Shown here in pieces: positions 50,101 through 61,719 of a DNA stretch of 64,000 bases (position 1 is the first letter of the stretch; every line of letters starts with the position of its first letter). The notes under the pieces are model-generated. The model had not been told where the DNA came from. It searched no databases and worked only from the letters and a program-made list of their open reading frames with translations. The stretch is from positions 18,910,001 to 18,974,000 of the forward strand of contig CM022673.1 of NCBI GenBank assembly GCA_012295275.1, read 5' to 3'. The stretch comes from Chrysomallon squamiferum (lineage: Eukaryota; Animalia; Mollusca). The position numbers were made by a program, and so were the translations under genes.

Positions 50101-52280
50101 TATCCTTAAACATCTAAAGTGTAGATTTTTAGCATTTGTTAAATGCATAACTTTATTCTGTAATACTGAGTTTTTTTGTTAATAAATATTCTTGCATATC
50201 TTGATTTTTTTCTCATATGTGCTCCATAACAGGGTTTTTTTTGTAGTAAAATGGAATTTAGTGTTTTGGACAATTAATTACTCACACACTCACATTGTTG
50301 AACAGTATATAACTGTATTTAGTCTTGAAAGACAAGTAAATTAAAGAAAGAAAAAGAATAGTGAATTTATCCTTGACAGTAAATAGCTCTTAGTGTGCAG
50401 CCCAAACCAGTAGACCAGTTGGTGGAAGGAGGTGCCCAGGTACAGCAGATGTTTAACATTGAATGCATTGAAGAATTCACTGAAGCTCCCATTCTCAACA
50501 TCAGTTATGTGTAAGTTTTATGTTGCATGCCATCATTGATGATTATAAAAATTAAAATAACGGAAATTAAAACTTGATCATATGAATACTGCAGCTGTTA
50601 AACCAAATTAATTTTTCTTCATTAAATAACTAAATTTGAAAATTCCCATATTTTTATTTTATTTATTTTTTCACCATTTTGTGATCACACTTTATCATAC
50701 ATGTTTTCAGTTAGAAGATGTGTTTTCAGTTGGATATAATGTTTGAAATTTTTTAAAAACCTAAACTTAATTCCAATAACAACAGAAAAATTAATAAGAT
50801 GTTTAAATAGTAACACACTTTTGTATATATAAATATATATATATATTTTTTTTTTTAATTCATTTTAGGTACAGTGGAGTGTTACAGAAACTAACACTGA
50901 AATTGCCACTGTTTTTAAATAAATTCCTTGAAGCTGCTGAAATGAACTCTGAAGCTTTCTTCACCAGATGGAAAGCTTTGAGTTTGTATGTATTTTAACT
51001 TCTGATAGAAAAAAAGAAAGAAAAATGTTACAACTGCTAATAAAAATTGGTTTCTTATAATGATGGATGAAATAACAAGCTGAAAGGATTTTTTTTCTCT
51101 CTTTATGCAGTACCATTTTATTAATAAAAATGTACAATAACCCCTGATAGACTGAGGACATAATGGGTGTTGGGTTTTTTTGTTGGTTTTTTTTTTTGTA
51201 ATGATGTATGGAAGGACTTATTTGAATGATTTTTTAACAGAGGAAAGCAGGTTAACAGAAACTGAAACTCTTAATTTTTTTAATGTTTATTATTTATATA
51301 AAATATTTTATCTCTGTCATTTACATAAGAAGGTTCAGATAGGTACATTAAATATTAATTATTTTATCCAGTATATAACTCTTTAATATAAAACAGAAGT
51401 TTTTCTAGAAACAACATGATCAAATGCAAATTTGTTGGTAAATAATTATGCAAAGTTTTAATTTTTTTTTTTTAATTTTCAGACCTAATCAGGAATGCCA
51501 AAAAATCTTTAAAGCAGCATATCCAATAGATGTAGAACAGAGCAAAGCAAAGGTCAGAAAAACAGAATTCCAATTCAGCTGTTATTTTTTTCAATTTATT
51601 GCAGGGAAAGTAAATAAATTTATTTTAAAAAACCCTGACAAAATAGATTACATAAATAAATATTCTAACACATAATTGTGCTTAGTAATATGAATTCACT
51701 TGTAACTAGTCATTTGTTTTACATGTATCATATATGGATATCTAATGCATGACGGTCAAAACAAAATATACTGGCTTCTTTATGTGAGGTAACACTAACA
51801 GTTTAAAAATTTGTTTACTATAGATTCTTTCCTTTGGTCTGAGCATTCTGCAAGGAATTGACCCAAACCCAGAGAACTTTGTGTCAGCTGGAATTCTTTA
51901 TAACAGAAATCAACAGATAGGTTGTTTGGTTCGTCTAGAACCCAATCTTGAAGTAAAGGTATGTTCAATTATTATTAATCATGAACATGGAGAAACAAAT
52001 AATTTAACAAATCAAAAATATCCCAAATAAAATTATTTTTCAAAGATTAATATTACACTACTGTAATTTTTTCCACAAATTCAGAACTCCAACTGAGAAC
52101 TAAGCCGAAACAAAATTTATAATTTACTGACCTATGTATTCCTCTCCATTCTAATAAACTATTGAATACAATATAATAATTACTACCACATAAATTTTTC
52201 AGATGTATCGATTGACTGTGCGATCAACAAGAGATTCTGTGGCCCAAATTCTAGCCAATTTGATGGAAGGATTGTTTTGA
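37033..52280 (+). CDS. AP2A: AP-2 complex subunit alpha (alpha-adaptin, AP2A1/AP2A2 orthologue)
   Basis: Approximate exons: 37033-37096, 40514-40582, 40800-40942, 41355-41548, 41764-41893, 42327-42428, 42673-42781, 43112-43334, 45639-45735, 45908-46045, 46332-46439, 46675-46749, 46889-46986, 47277-47406, 48074-48175, 48435-48614, 49467-49681, 49927-50099, 50387-50510, 50869-50985, 51483-51552, 51824-51958, 52203-52280. The protein starts [22 protein letters not shown] and contains [35 protein letters not shown], the hinge DLLGL and the ear motifs [15 protein letters not shown] and CLVRLEPN. It ends at TGA 52280. Confidence 0.96.
38950..39580 (+). repeat. Direct tandem duplication, 2 x 314 bp, in an AP2A intron
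   Basis: TCATTTGGGGATGTAATTTATTAGGG starts at both 38950 and 39264. The copies look identical by eye. Confidence 0.9.
50100..50386 (+). other. U12-type (minor spliceosome) GT-AG intron in AP2A
   Basis: The 5' splice site is GTATCCTT at 50100. The branch site TCCTTGAC at 50370-50377 is about 10 nt from the AG, with no polypyrimidine tract. The reading frame is preserved (G|CT). Confidence 0.88.
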
Positions 52281-55187
52281 TTCTTACAGTGATTCTGCTG
52301 TTACAACAGTGATGTAAAGCAGTTTGTGGTATGACCAAGGTCAACAGTGAGATTGTTTAACACTTGGTTAATGATATATTAATAGTTCAGATTTTAGTTT
52401 AACAAATTATAGAAAAGCAGTGTATAAACTATGGCTGGATTTATTATTTCCTGTTTTGAATGTTAATATGAAGACAGAACAAACAAATCATTCCTATTGA
52501 CTGGTCTTTCGTTCTCAGTATCAGCTTTTTGTGCATAGTGTTAAATATATTTAGCCTGCTTCAACAGTAGGATTGTAATTACTTGCTGTCTGTCATGTGC
52601 CATGTCTTCTAGTCTTTTGATGTTGACTAGATTTGTTTTGGGTGGGTTTTTAAAGAAAAGACATTTTATTAGACATTTTAATATCATGACAGAATAATGT
52701 GAAACTGCTAATGCAGCTTTTATAAAATACATTAATTGATAAGGCATTTCTGGTGTTAATTTTTAATCCTCATCTACCAATAAACTATTATATTTTTTGT
52801 TTTGAGATGGACTGGCTTAAGCAAATCATATTAGCAGTTACTATAAATAACATATTGCACCATTCTACTGATATCATTACACTATCTCAGTCTTAGTTTG
52901 GTGGGACTCCTCATACTGACGCCCTTGGTATAGTCAGATATGTTGGGACTGATTTTTTTTTCTTTTAAAAAAAAAAAAAGAACATAACAAAATATATATT
53001 TAATTTATGTAAAACAGAGAGGTTGTTAGTGATGCTTTTGAAACCACTTGGCACTATTTATAATTAGTGTAAAGATTTTCATGTACACTTAAAACTGTTG
53101 CAGTGTTTCAACAGATGAACCAATATATGCCTAAACTTGAGGGAACAGTTATTTTACATCATTAGTTCTGATAGTGTATTCAGTATGTTAACAATTTTTA
53201 ATTTGACAGTTTTGATTTGATGAAATAAGATATAAACTCTTCTGGGTAGGATCTTTAGGAATGCTGACTAGTTTAATGCTACAGAATTCAGCTTGTTAAA
53301 GCAAGTATAGTTTTCAGATATTTTTTTGTTAAGGAAGTTAAGCTTTCTTGTAATATTTAATAATTTACACAGTTTTGTACATTTTCATATACATAGAATT
53401 GTATATATATATAAACTTGTGTAATATACTGTACATTTGTTTTCTTCATGGCATAGCATGGGCAGTAAAATGTATTTTGTTGTATATTAAACTGGTAATA
53501 TTGACATGTTACGGTTGCACTGTTTATGTTGTGTTTAATAACAAATATAGTAACAAAGATTTCATCATGTTTGTTAGACAATCTGTATTTTCCCATTCAG
53601 TTATCTGTTTTTGGCTCATCTAATTAGTATGTTAGAAGAGTAAAATAGAAAAAGAATTACAAAGAGAAAGTTGTATATAAAATACTAACTTAGATACCTT
53701 GGGCAGTTTTGTTTTTATCTAAACATTGACAATGTACTCATGTTAGATCTGTTTTTTTCAGTTGGTTTCTATTTTACAGCTACACATAAACAGCTTTTAT
53801 CCTGCAGCAAAGATAAATAAAAATAAATGCATTCAGTTTCTTTTTATGCTATTTTATCAGTTGGATTATGATTTTCATTTTTTAATTTTGTTTAACAGTT
53901 TATTATTATTCAGGACATTCTATGTCAGATATTTATTTTGTTTTTCTTTTGAATGCTTCTTAATTAAGAGTTGCAGGTTTTAATTTAATGGAATTGCATG
54001 GTTTCATTAATAATTCTTCTTTTTTTTTTTTTTTTTTTGTTAAATTGTATAAACAGTTCTGCATTCAGCAGTTTTTACTACTATATTATTACATATATTT
54101 TACATAAATTGTCTGCCAACTACAATAATATTACTGTTTTCTGCAAAATATATGCAGTATTTAAATCTTTATTATTATTATTTTTTAAAAAAGCTCAAAA
54201 GAACACATTCAGTTAGCAGTGTTAATGATATCTGAAAAAAAAAAAAAAAATCTGTAGCTTTTTTATATCTCTTTAGACAGTAATATTAGAGCTGAACTAA
54301 CAGTTTGCTTGATGTGCAATATTTAAATTTGTCTGTCTGTTATTAGAAATCATGTTAGCCGTTGATTAATAGTATAGATCATTAGGGAAATAAATACTTC
54401 GTGTAAAAAAATGTAGTTGTTAATTCATCATGGGCTACATACACATCTAAGGACAAAATTTTGATCTCGGAATATACATGCTTAACAACATATGATTCAT
54501 TTTTAACCTACAATGTCAAAATATTTCATTCCAGTAAATGGGAGGAAAAGAGCAGCTCATTTTCTTAAGAAAACAGTTGGTGCAGTTAAGATTGTTGGTT
54601 TTGTTATATAAACATTAATGGATTTTCATTTTGTGGTTTGAAATGTTTTTTTAAGCTTTCTGGTAAGGTACTGTTTCAGAATCACTTCAGTTCAAACTTT
54701 TAATTGTTGAAATATGTCTAAAAGACATAGAAAATTTATCTTTCATAAACTGATAAAAACATGGAACTTGAAATGTCCTTGATATTGTTTGATTTTAAGT
54801 CAGATTAGATACTGTTTTGGTATCAGATTTCAAAATATTACAGTGAAATTATAATTTAAAAAATCGTATGGTGCATTATTATAATTTTTATTAGCAGTAA
54901 AAATATTGTTAGAAAAGTAAAATTACATAAATATGAGTTACATGAAGTTGTTTGTTTAAAGTATTGACTTCTTTCAGTGTGTATTGATTTTTATAATAAA
55001 TAAATGGAAATGGAACAGTAATTATAATGATTGTTGCCAGCAGCAGTTTAATTCACTATAAAAGAAAAAAATACTTGAATATATGAACCATTTTACAAAT
55101 TATTTAGTAAAATAAAATTTTCTCAAATGTCCATGTGTTATGTATGTATACTCGCATTTATATTATGAATATCTATCTACATAAAGC

Positions 55188-55218
<31 letters not shown>

Positions 55219-55727
55219 TGAAATGGTTGTTATTACTAGTGACAGTGTTGAAGAATGGTATTTATGGAGATACGCAGTAGAGATAGGCTAATAAGTGTAT
55301 AGTTTAATCAATTTAATGCAAGTTAGTATTACTGATGAATTTTTTATATTTTTTATTTATTATTTTTTTTTAAATATCTAGAAAACAAATGGGAGATAAT
55401 ATAATTTCTGTTATCATCATAATGGCAAGAGCAGAAAAGCCTAAATTTTTGCCTAATAATTAATCCATTTTCAGAAATGATTCATCCTTTGAATGTTAAT
55501 TTGTTTAAACAGTATTTTGCTTTGATCTAGATAGCAGTCATATAGAAAATATATCAAGATAGTAAGCTGTTAACATTTTTATCAGCCCATCTGTTATACT
55601 TCAGTTATTAATCTCTGGAAATTCACCCAGCATTTTTGGATCCAGATACCCAATCATTTTCATATTTAATATCCGTCACTAACTGTTCTGTATCTGCATT
55701 ATTCTTGATTTTTTAAATAATAATAAT

Positions 55728-55771
<44 letters not shown>

Positions 55772-56019
55772 TATATTTTTAATTAATTTTTTTCTCTCTT
55801 CTTAAAAGCTGCATTTTTGTGGGAACTGGTAAGATGGTAGGTCACAGTAAATTTTATCATGAAATTGTATTTATTATTTAATTTTGTTTTGATGAAATGA
55901 TTGTTATCTTGTATATCTGTGTGCATGGACTTATTAAAATGTTCAAGTATAGTCTCACTATATTGGATTTTGTTGTTTATAAGGAGATAATGTAGAGATA
56001 CGTGTTATTTAAAAAAACA

Positions 56020-58826
56020 TGCACTAGCAGTTTCGGGCCAGTTCAACAATTAGTTCGGTGGCAGGGACCGATAAGCGTGCATGAGTTGAGAGCTGATTTT
56101 CAAATGGCAGTCTGAATGTGCGCCCGCTTTACGTTCTCTTCGAATGCCTCTTTACAAGGTGGAAGTGACTTAAGCTCTGGAGCCTTTGTCAAATTTGTTC
56201 TACCCATCCTTCGCGACCAGACTGCTCCACGGACCTCAGACATGTTCGATGTCACCAAGCTTTTGACCCCGTAGCAGGCAGCCATGAATGTTGTCGCTTC
56301 TTCAATGATGTCACCTATGTCCTCAGATAATACGCCCAATTTGAGCAGTTCTACACCACTCTTAAGGACTTTGATGACGGTGCTTTTTCCTACTCCGAAG
56401 TACTGAGCCACAGTGTCACAGCCTGAGAGGGCATGGGCGGATGGCAGTTATGAAAGCAAGTGTCCTTGTTCACTTGCAGTTGCCCCAATGTCTATAGTAG
56501 TTCGTTCAGCACTTGGTCCTTCCATTGTAAGACGACAGGTCAGGTTCAACTTTGCGTAGAAGTGCAGCAGGAGGACAAAATCGTCTGTGTCCTCATATAC
56601 GATGTTGATTCTTTTCACGCCACTTTCAGCTGCCTTAACCATCTGCTGCATGATTATTACATCCGCTTCTTCATGGCAAGTCATGAGATCTTCCCTACGG
56701 AAGACAATGCCATCCTGAATTACAACTGGAACAGAGTCAGTAGAGGTAATGACCAGACCGTGTTCATTCGGCTTGTCCTGTGCTTTCTGGATCAAATTCT
56801 GACATATCAGATCTATGACCTGTACCTTATTCTCAGTTACTGTAAGGACAACATTCTGGGGTGGCAATGGAATATGTAACTGCATTTTGTGTCGTCGGCT
56901 CGCTTCGTCACCAGCTCGAGCTGCCCGCGTTCCACTTTTAATGCTGAAGTCGAAGTAGCGATCAGAGATCAGGTTTGTGTCCTGGCTTGCCACCCTTTTC
57001 ATCACATTCCTCGTGAAGCCGTTGACAAAATCTGCCACAGTTCCTTGATTAGGCCAGTCATAAAATTGTTCAATCAACCCTTTCCTGTTTAAGACAACAC
57101 CGAGCGCAATCTGGAGAGTTGTGAATCTACCACTTATGGCATTAGTAACAATTTTTCCGATGAGAGTGGCTGGTAAGGTGTGGTCAAACTTTGTAGAAAG
57201 CTTTGATAGCAAGGATAACAAAGTGGAACTGACACAGTCAAGGGCAATGTCCATATCAACTCGGGCATGATAGTTCTTGACATCAACTAATGATTCCTTT
57301 ACATCACGGACAATCTGGTGAGCAACTTTTCCAGTCCAATCTCAACATCATCTTCATCACTGCCAGCACTAGTCTCAACAAACTGGATGCTTTACTTCGA
57401 AACACGAGCAGACTAGCAACACCTGTGCCACTCAGCACAAGAAGATCCGAACCAAAGTATTCTAACAACTTGGAGACTAAGGTTCGGCGGCTAATGTCTC
57501 TTCCACCATTGGACTGGTATAGGTCGTATAATTCGATGGAATTCCACACTCGCGATGATTCTGCTCTCACTGCACTGACTGTCGTTTCAAAAGCCACATC
57601 CACCTCCTTTTGGCTACTACTAGATGCTGCTGAAGCTGACTTCACTGTCCGAGGTGAACAAAACTTCTTGTAACAGTCTGTGTGGTATCTACCATCTGCT
57701 GCATGCAGATCACTCACTGTCCCAGCCAAACGTGTCTCTACCTCGCGTCCTCAGTCGTCGTGACGAGATCTACAGACATCTAGAAGGGTTTCCTTAAAAG
57801 TCTTTCTCCCCTCACCACGGTCCGCTGTCCTACAAAGAACAACCCTGCGCCAACGATACGGATGCTTAGGATGAATGTCAAGCATTCCTCACCGCAGAAA
57901 CGGCAATGTTGCCTGAAGTTGAAGGTTGTCGATCCGGACCGACGCAGATGTTTTCCTGCAGATGACTCTTCAGAACCTTTTGATGCGCTCAGTTTATTCA
58001 AGTGTCTCTTGATGTGAGATTCGGATGTATATGTGGATACACAACCTCTATGACAAAGCACCTCTAAATCTTTGTCTGCCAACAGCCTAGTTTCAAGATC
58101 TTCATGGAGATCATCAAATCTCCGTTTACTTGATTCAATGATAGTCTGTATCCTGTCAGTCCCTGCGACGCTAAGTTCCTTCTTGCTTCCATCTTCTTTA
58201 CAAAAGATGCAGCACCCTTCCATCTTTCAGCTCTACCTGGAAGAGAAGATGTATGTGAGCCACTCTGGCAGAACCAGGCGCTTCAATAACAGAGAAGTGC
58301 CTGCTTTTACCAGGCCGCTATTACTGATATTATCAATAATGGCGGTCCTTATTTGCATATTTTGCAGAAAATATTGGTGTGATCAATACTGTAATAGTTT
58401 AATCTGATTCTTTACCCCTAAAAATATGTGTATAGACACCAAAATTATTTTTATACCATGTGTAGTTACTGAGATATTGACGAAAACGAGATTTTCAGTA
58501 ATGGCGGCCTTAATATGCCTATTCAGCACAAAATATTGGTGTGATCGTGACTGAAATGGCTTAATCTGATTCTTTACCCCTCAAAACATGGGGATAGACA
58601 CCAAAATTATTTTGATACCATGCATAGTTACTGAGATGTTGACGAAAACAAGATTTTCAGTAATAGCGGCCTTAATTTGCATATTGTGCGGATTGCCCAA
58701 GGATGACAGAGTGGCATCATTCAGATTCTTCAAGAGCACATCTCGGAGGTATAGAAACAGCAAAATTTTTTTGAACGGACTGTATTGCAAGGTTCTCCAA
58801 AAATCTGGGGTTTGGCAACCGGACTA
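56020..58826 (-). mobile_element. Academ (AcademX, XPG/PIN-like nuclease) transposon, internally deleted and 3'-truncated
   Basis: The minus-strand terminus TAGTCCGGTTGCC is at 58826, with ~162-bp subterminal tandem repeats at about 58338-58690. Frameshifted ORFs 57780-58223, 57304-57729, 56448-57254 and 56100-56411 carry CIFC, DLHAADGRYHxDC, CHEEAD, DTD, HALSGCDTV and LPPC...NVKRAHIQ motifs. GC content is much higher than in the flanks. Confidence 0.75.
56100..58223 (-). pseudogene. Fragmented Academ transposase/XPG-like nuclease ORF
   Basis: Four consecutive ORF pieces are joined by frameshifts or stops. XPG/FEN-like acidic motifs HEEAD, DTD and GCD are retained. Confidence 0.7.
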
Positions 58827-60307
58827 AATGCACCGCACTTCTGTGACGTCATGGCTACAGTTGAGAACGGGTAAAGTTCTGAGCAATTTCGACGCTCCAT
58901 GTAACAACAGCTGTAATGATGATATAATAGATGTGTTACATCACTTAATATGCCTCACGAAAATCAGCGTATCTTTCTTTTCGGCTCTTAACAAGATCAA
59001 AAACAGATAACCAAAATATCATTTTCGGCACGAATTAAAGATTTTAATTTGCCAGTCTGATTATTATTACAGGTTGACCATCACAACTGTTAAAGGCGCT
59101 TTTTGCTGCATGAATACTGTTGGCGTCAGTTGTAAACATAAGCAACCATTCCAACTGTATTTCTCCATTTATTGTTACAATCTAATACGTTTTAACCCTT
59201 AAAATAGCTTCAATCAAAAAAAGGAAATGCTGCTTCTTGTGTAAAGAGCAAATGTATGTTATCTATAAAAGTAAGATTGAAAAAACAAACTTGAAAGGGG
59301 TTTGTAGTGTTATTTCAAAGGCAAGATGAGATAATACAGTATCTTGCAGGTACCTATGATGCTGGATTAATGATGGTCGACTAGTATTTTGTTTTGCTTT
59401 CATTTTCTCTCTTTTCTTTTATTATCTTTTTTATTTTATTAATTTTTTTTTTTTTTTTTTCTTCTTCTTTTTTTTTTTCTTCTTCTTCTTCTTATTATTA
59501 TTATTATTATCATTTATTTAATTTATTTATTTTAATCCTTTCTTTTATATATGAAATACTGAAGTTTGAACTTACCAGTTATCCAGATAGGTAGGGAAGG
59601 GTGGGTCAAGATGCCGAGCTGGGTTCAGATGCCTGCTCCTTAAATATCGGAAATCAGCTCGGTATTTTATTAGTTTATATACGAAGACTTTGCTTAGATT
59701 CTTTATAGTCAAATTCACAGTTCTATTTATTTAGCGTCATTGTCTACACAGCAAATACAATAAAATGTACTGCCACTTCCTTTGAAGAAACGTATCTTCT
59801 GTTGCACGATAATAGATGGAGTTGAATAATTTTCTTGCTTTTGCCCAGACAGTCTGCTGGTGTATGTGGTTAACAGAAAAGAGTAGAAATTCCATTCCAG
59901 CATGCGTTTTGCCATCTTGTCACATTGATTTGCATAAAATATACATGCCTTATTTTTCTTTCATGAGATGTGTTTGTTAAAATAATAAAGATGTGGACAA
60001 TTATCATTTTTGAACTTACATTTTTGAAGTACTTGATTATGTTCTTTACAAAGGTCTGTGGTGTTTTTGACATACCTGTATATTTAACGGGTCAATCTCT
60101 CCATATTTACACTCTCCATTTATTCATGTTACTAAGAATCATCGTCATTCCTAAACACAGCCCACTGATATTTCGTACTGTTCCTATTATTATTATTTTT
60201 TTGTTTTTCACACCATGAAAATATTAATAGACAATAAAAATGTTGTATTATCATGAAAAGAAATGATTATTGCATCAAATTATAAATAAAATAAAATATT
60301 ATATATA

Positions 60308-60867
60308 CAGGGTGTCCCAAAAGTAACCGAACCACAAAGTTAAATAAAATTAGATATTAAAAATAACAAATTTAATTCCATCTTTTATGTCATTTTATGT
60401 TATCTTTTGTACTATTCATTTACTTCTGTCAGTAGTAGTCTTTGGAATGAGTTTTGTTACCTGACTGTAGTGTTCTTCGTGATCGAGACTTCTGTTTTAC
60501 CGCGACGACGCGGTCTTTTAATACTGTTCATGTTCTCCTAGGTGTTCCGTGTTCTTTCTCTTGCAACTCGCTATCCGGACAGTTGCTTTCTGTACCGCAA
60601 TAAAGGCAGACGTTACACTTGAATCTTTTCGCTGATCTTACTGGTTTTGTACCTACGTCATAGCTTGATTCTTATTCAGCGCGCGCTACTGGACTCTCCA
60701 TGGTTTGACTTGAAATGGTACCCTCACTCTTAAAAATGCAGCGAAGAACTTTAGATTTAAACGAACATTTTGAACATTTGTAAATACTAAATCTACAGAT
60801 TAAATCTGTTGTTTTAAATAGCTAATTTTATTTAAGTTTGCGGTTCGGTTACTTTTGGGACACCCTG
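60308..60867. mobile_element. Tc1/mariner-type MITE
   Basis: TA TSD and ~70-bp imperfect TIRs: CAGGGTGTCCCAAAAGTAACCGAACC / GGTTCGGTTACTTTTGGGACACCCTG. Confidence 0.85.
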
Positions 60868-61634
60868 TATATATAAAGCACAACAGCATCGACGATGACG
60901 ATGACCATAGCATTAATATTAATAAAAACAACAACAAAATAAAAACAGAAGAAGAAAAAAGAACATGGTCTTTTTTTTTGAAATATAAGATATAAATCCA
61001 AAACAACAGTCCACCTTTGTAAATTAACATTACAGACTGAATTCGAAGAATAATGTGTAGTTTTTAGACAGTTTAAAACTATCAGAAAATCGATTAATGT
61101 TACAGTTTGAAAGCGTCATTCGTACTTTTCCTTCAGTTGAACTAATTGGATATTTAAAGCTGTCATACGCCACACTATCTTCACTTTGTAAGTCTAATTT
61201 TATTTACCTCAATGATTACAATGTAATTGTTGTATTCGTGTCCATCGTAGCGAATACTGATTAATTGGTTAAGTCAGAAAAGAAATTATTCTGCCAGACT
61301 ATTAGTGAAGGAAATGAAGTTTATTAAGAAATGGACTGACTTTAAAGTTTTTCTTTCTTTTTCTTCTACCCTACCCAAGCGTTAATAGTTACGTATGACA
61401 TGACTACTTGTTGATAAAACCTTAATTTAAATGAATACATACACTCAGTGTTGGTTAAGGTCATTCACCTTATTTCCTTTTCACAAACTACACCCAGCAA
61501 AGAAAAGGATGAAGGTAATAATTAATATTGCATAGCGAATATATTGTGTCATACAATACATGCATATTTACATATTCACATACAAAGCAGATACGTTGTA
61601 TCAATTATCATTCATGCATGAGTGCATGCGTGCG

Positions 61635-61636
<2 letters not shown>

Positions 61637-61716
<80 letters not shown>
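61637..61716. repeat. (CT)n microsatellite
   Basis: About 40 uninterrupted TC units. Confidence 0.95.
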
Positions 61717-61719
<3 letters not shown>

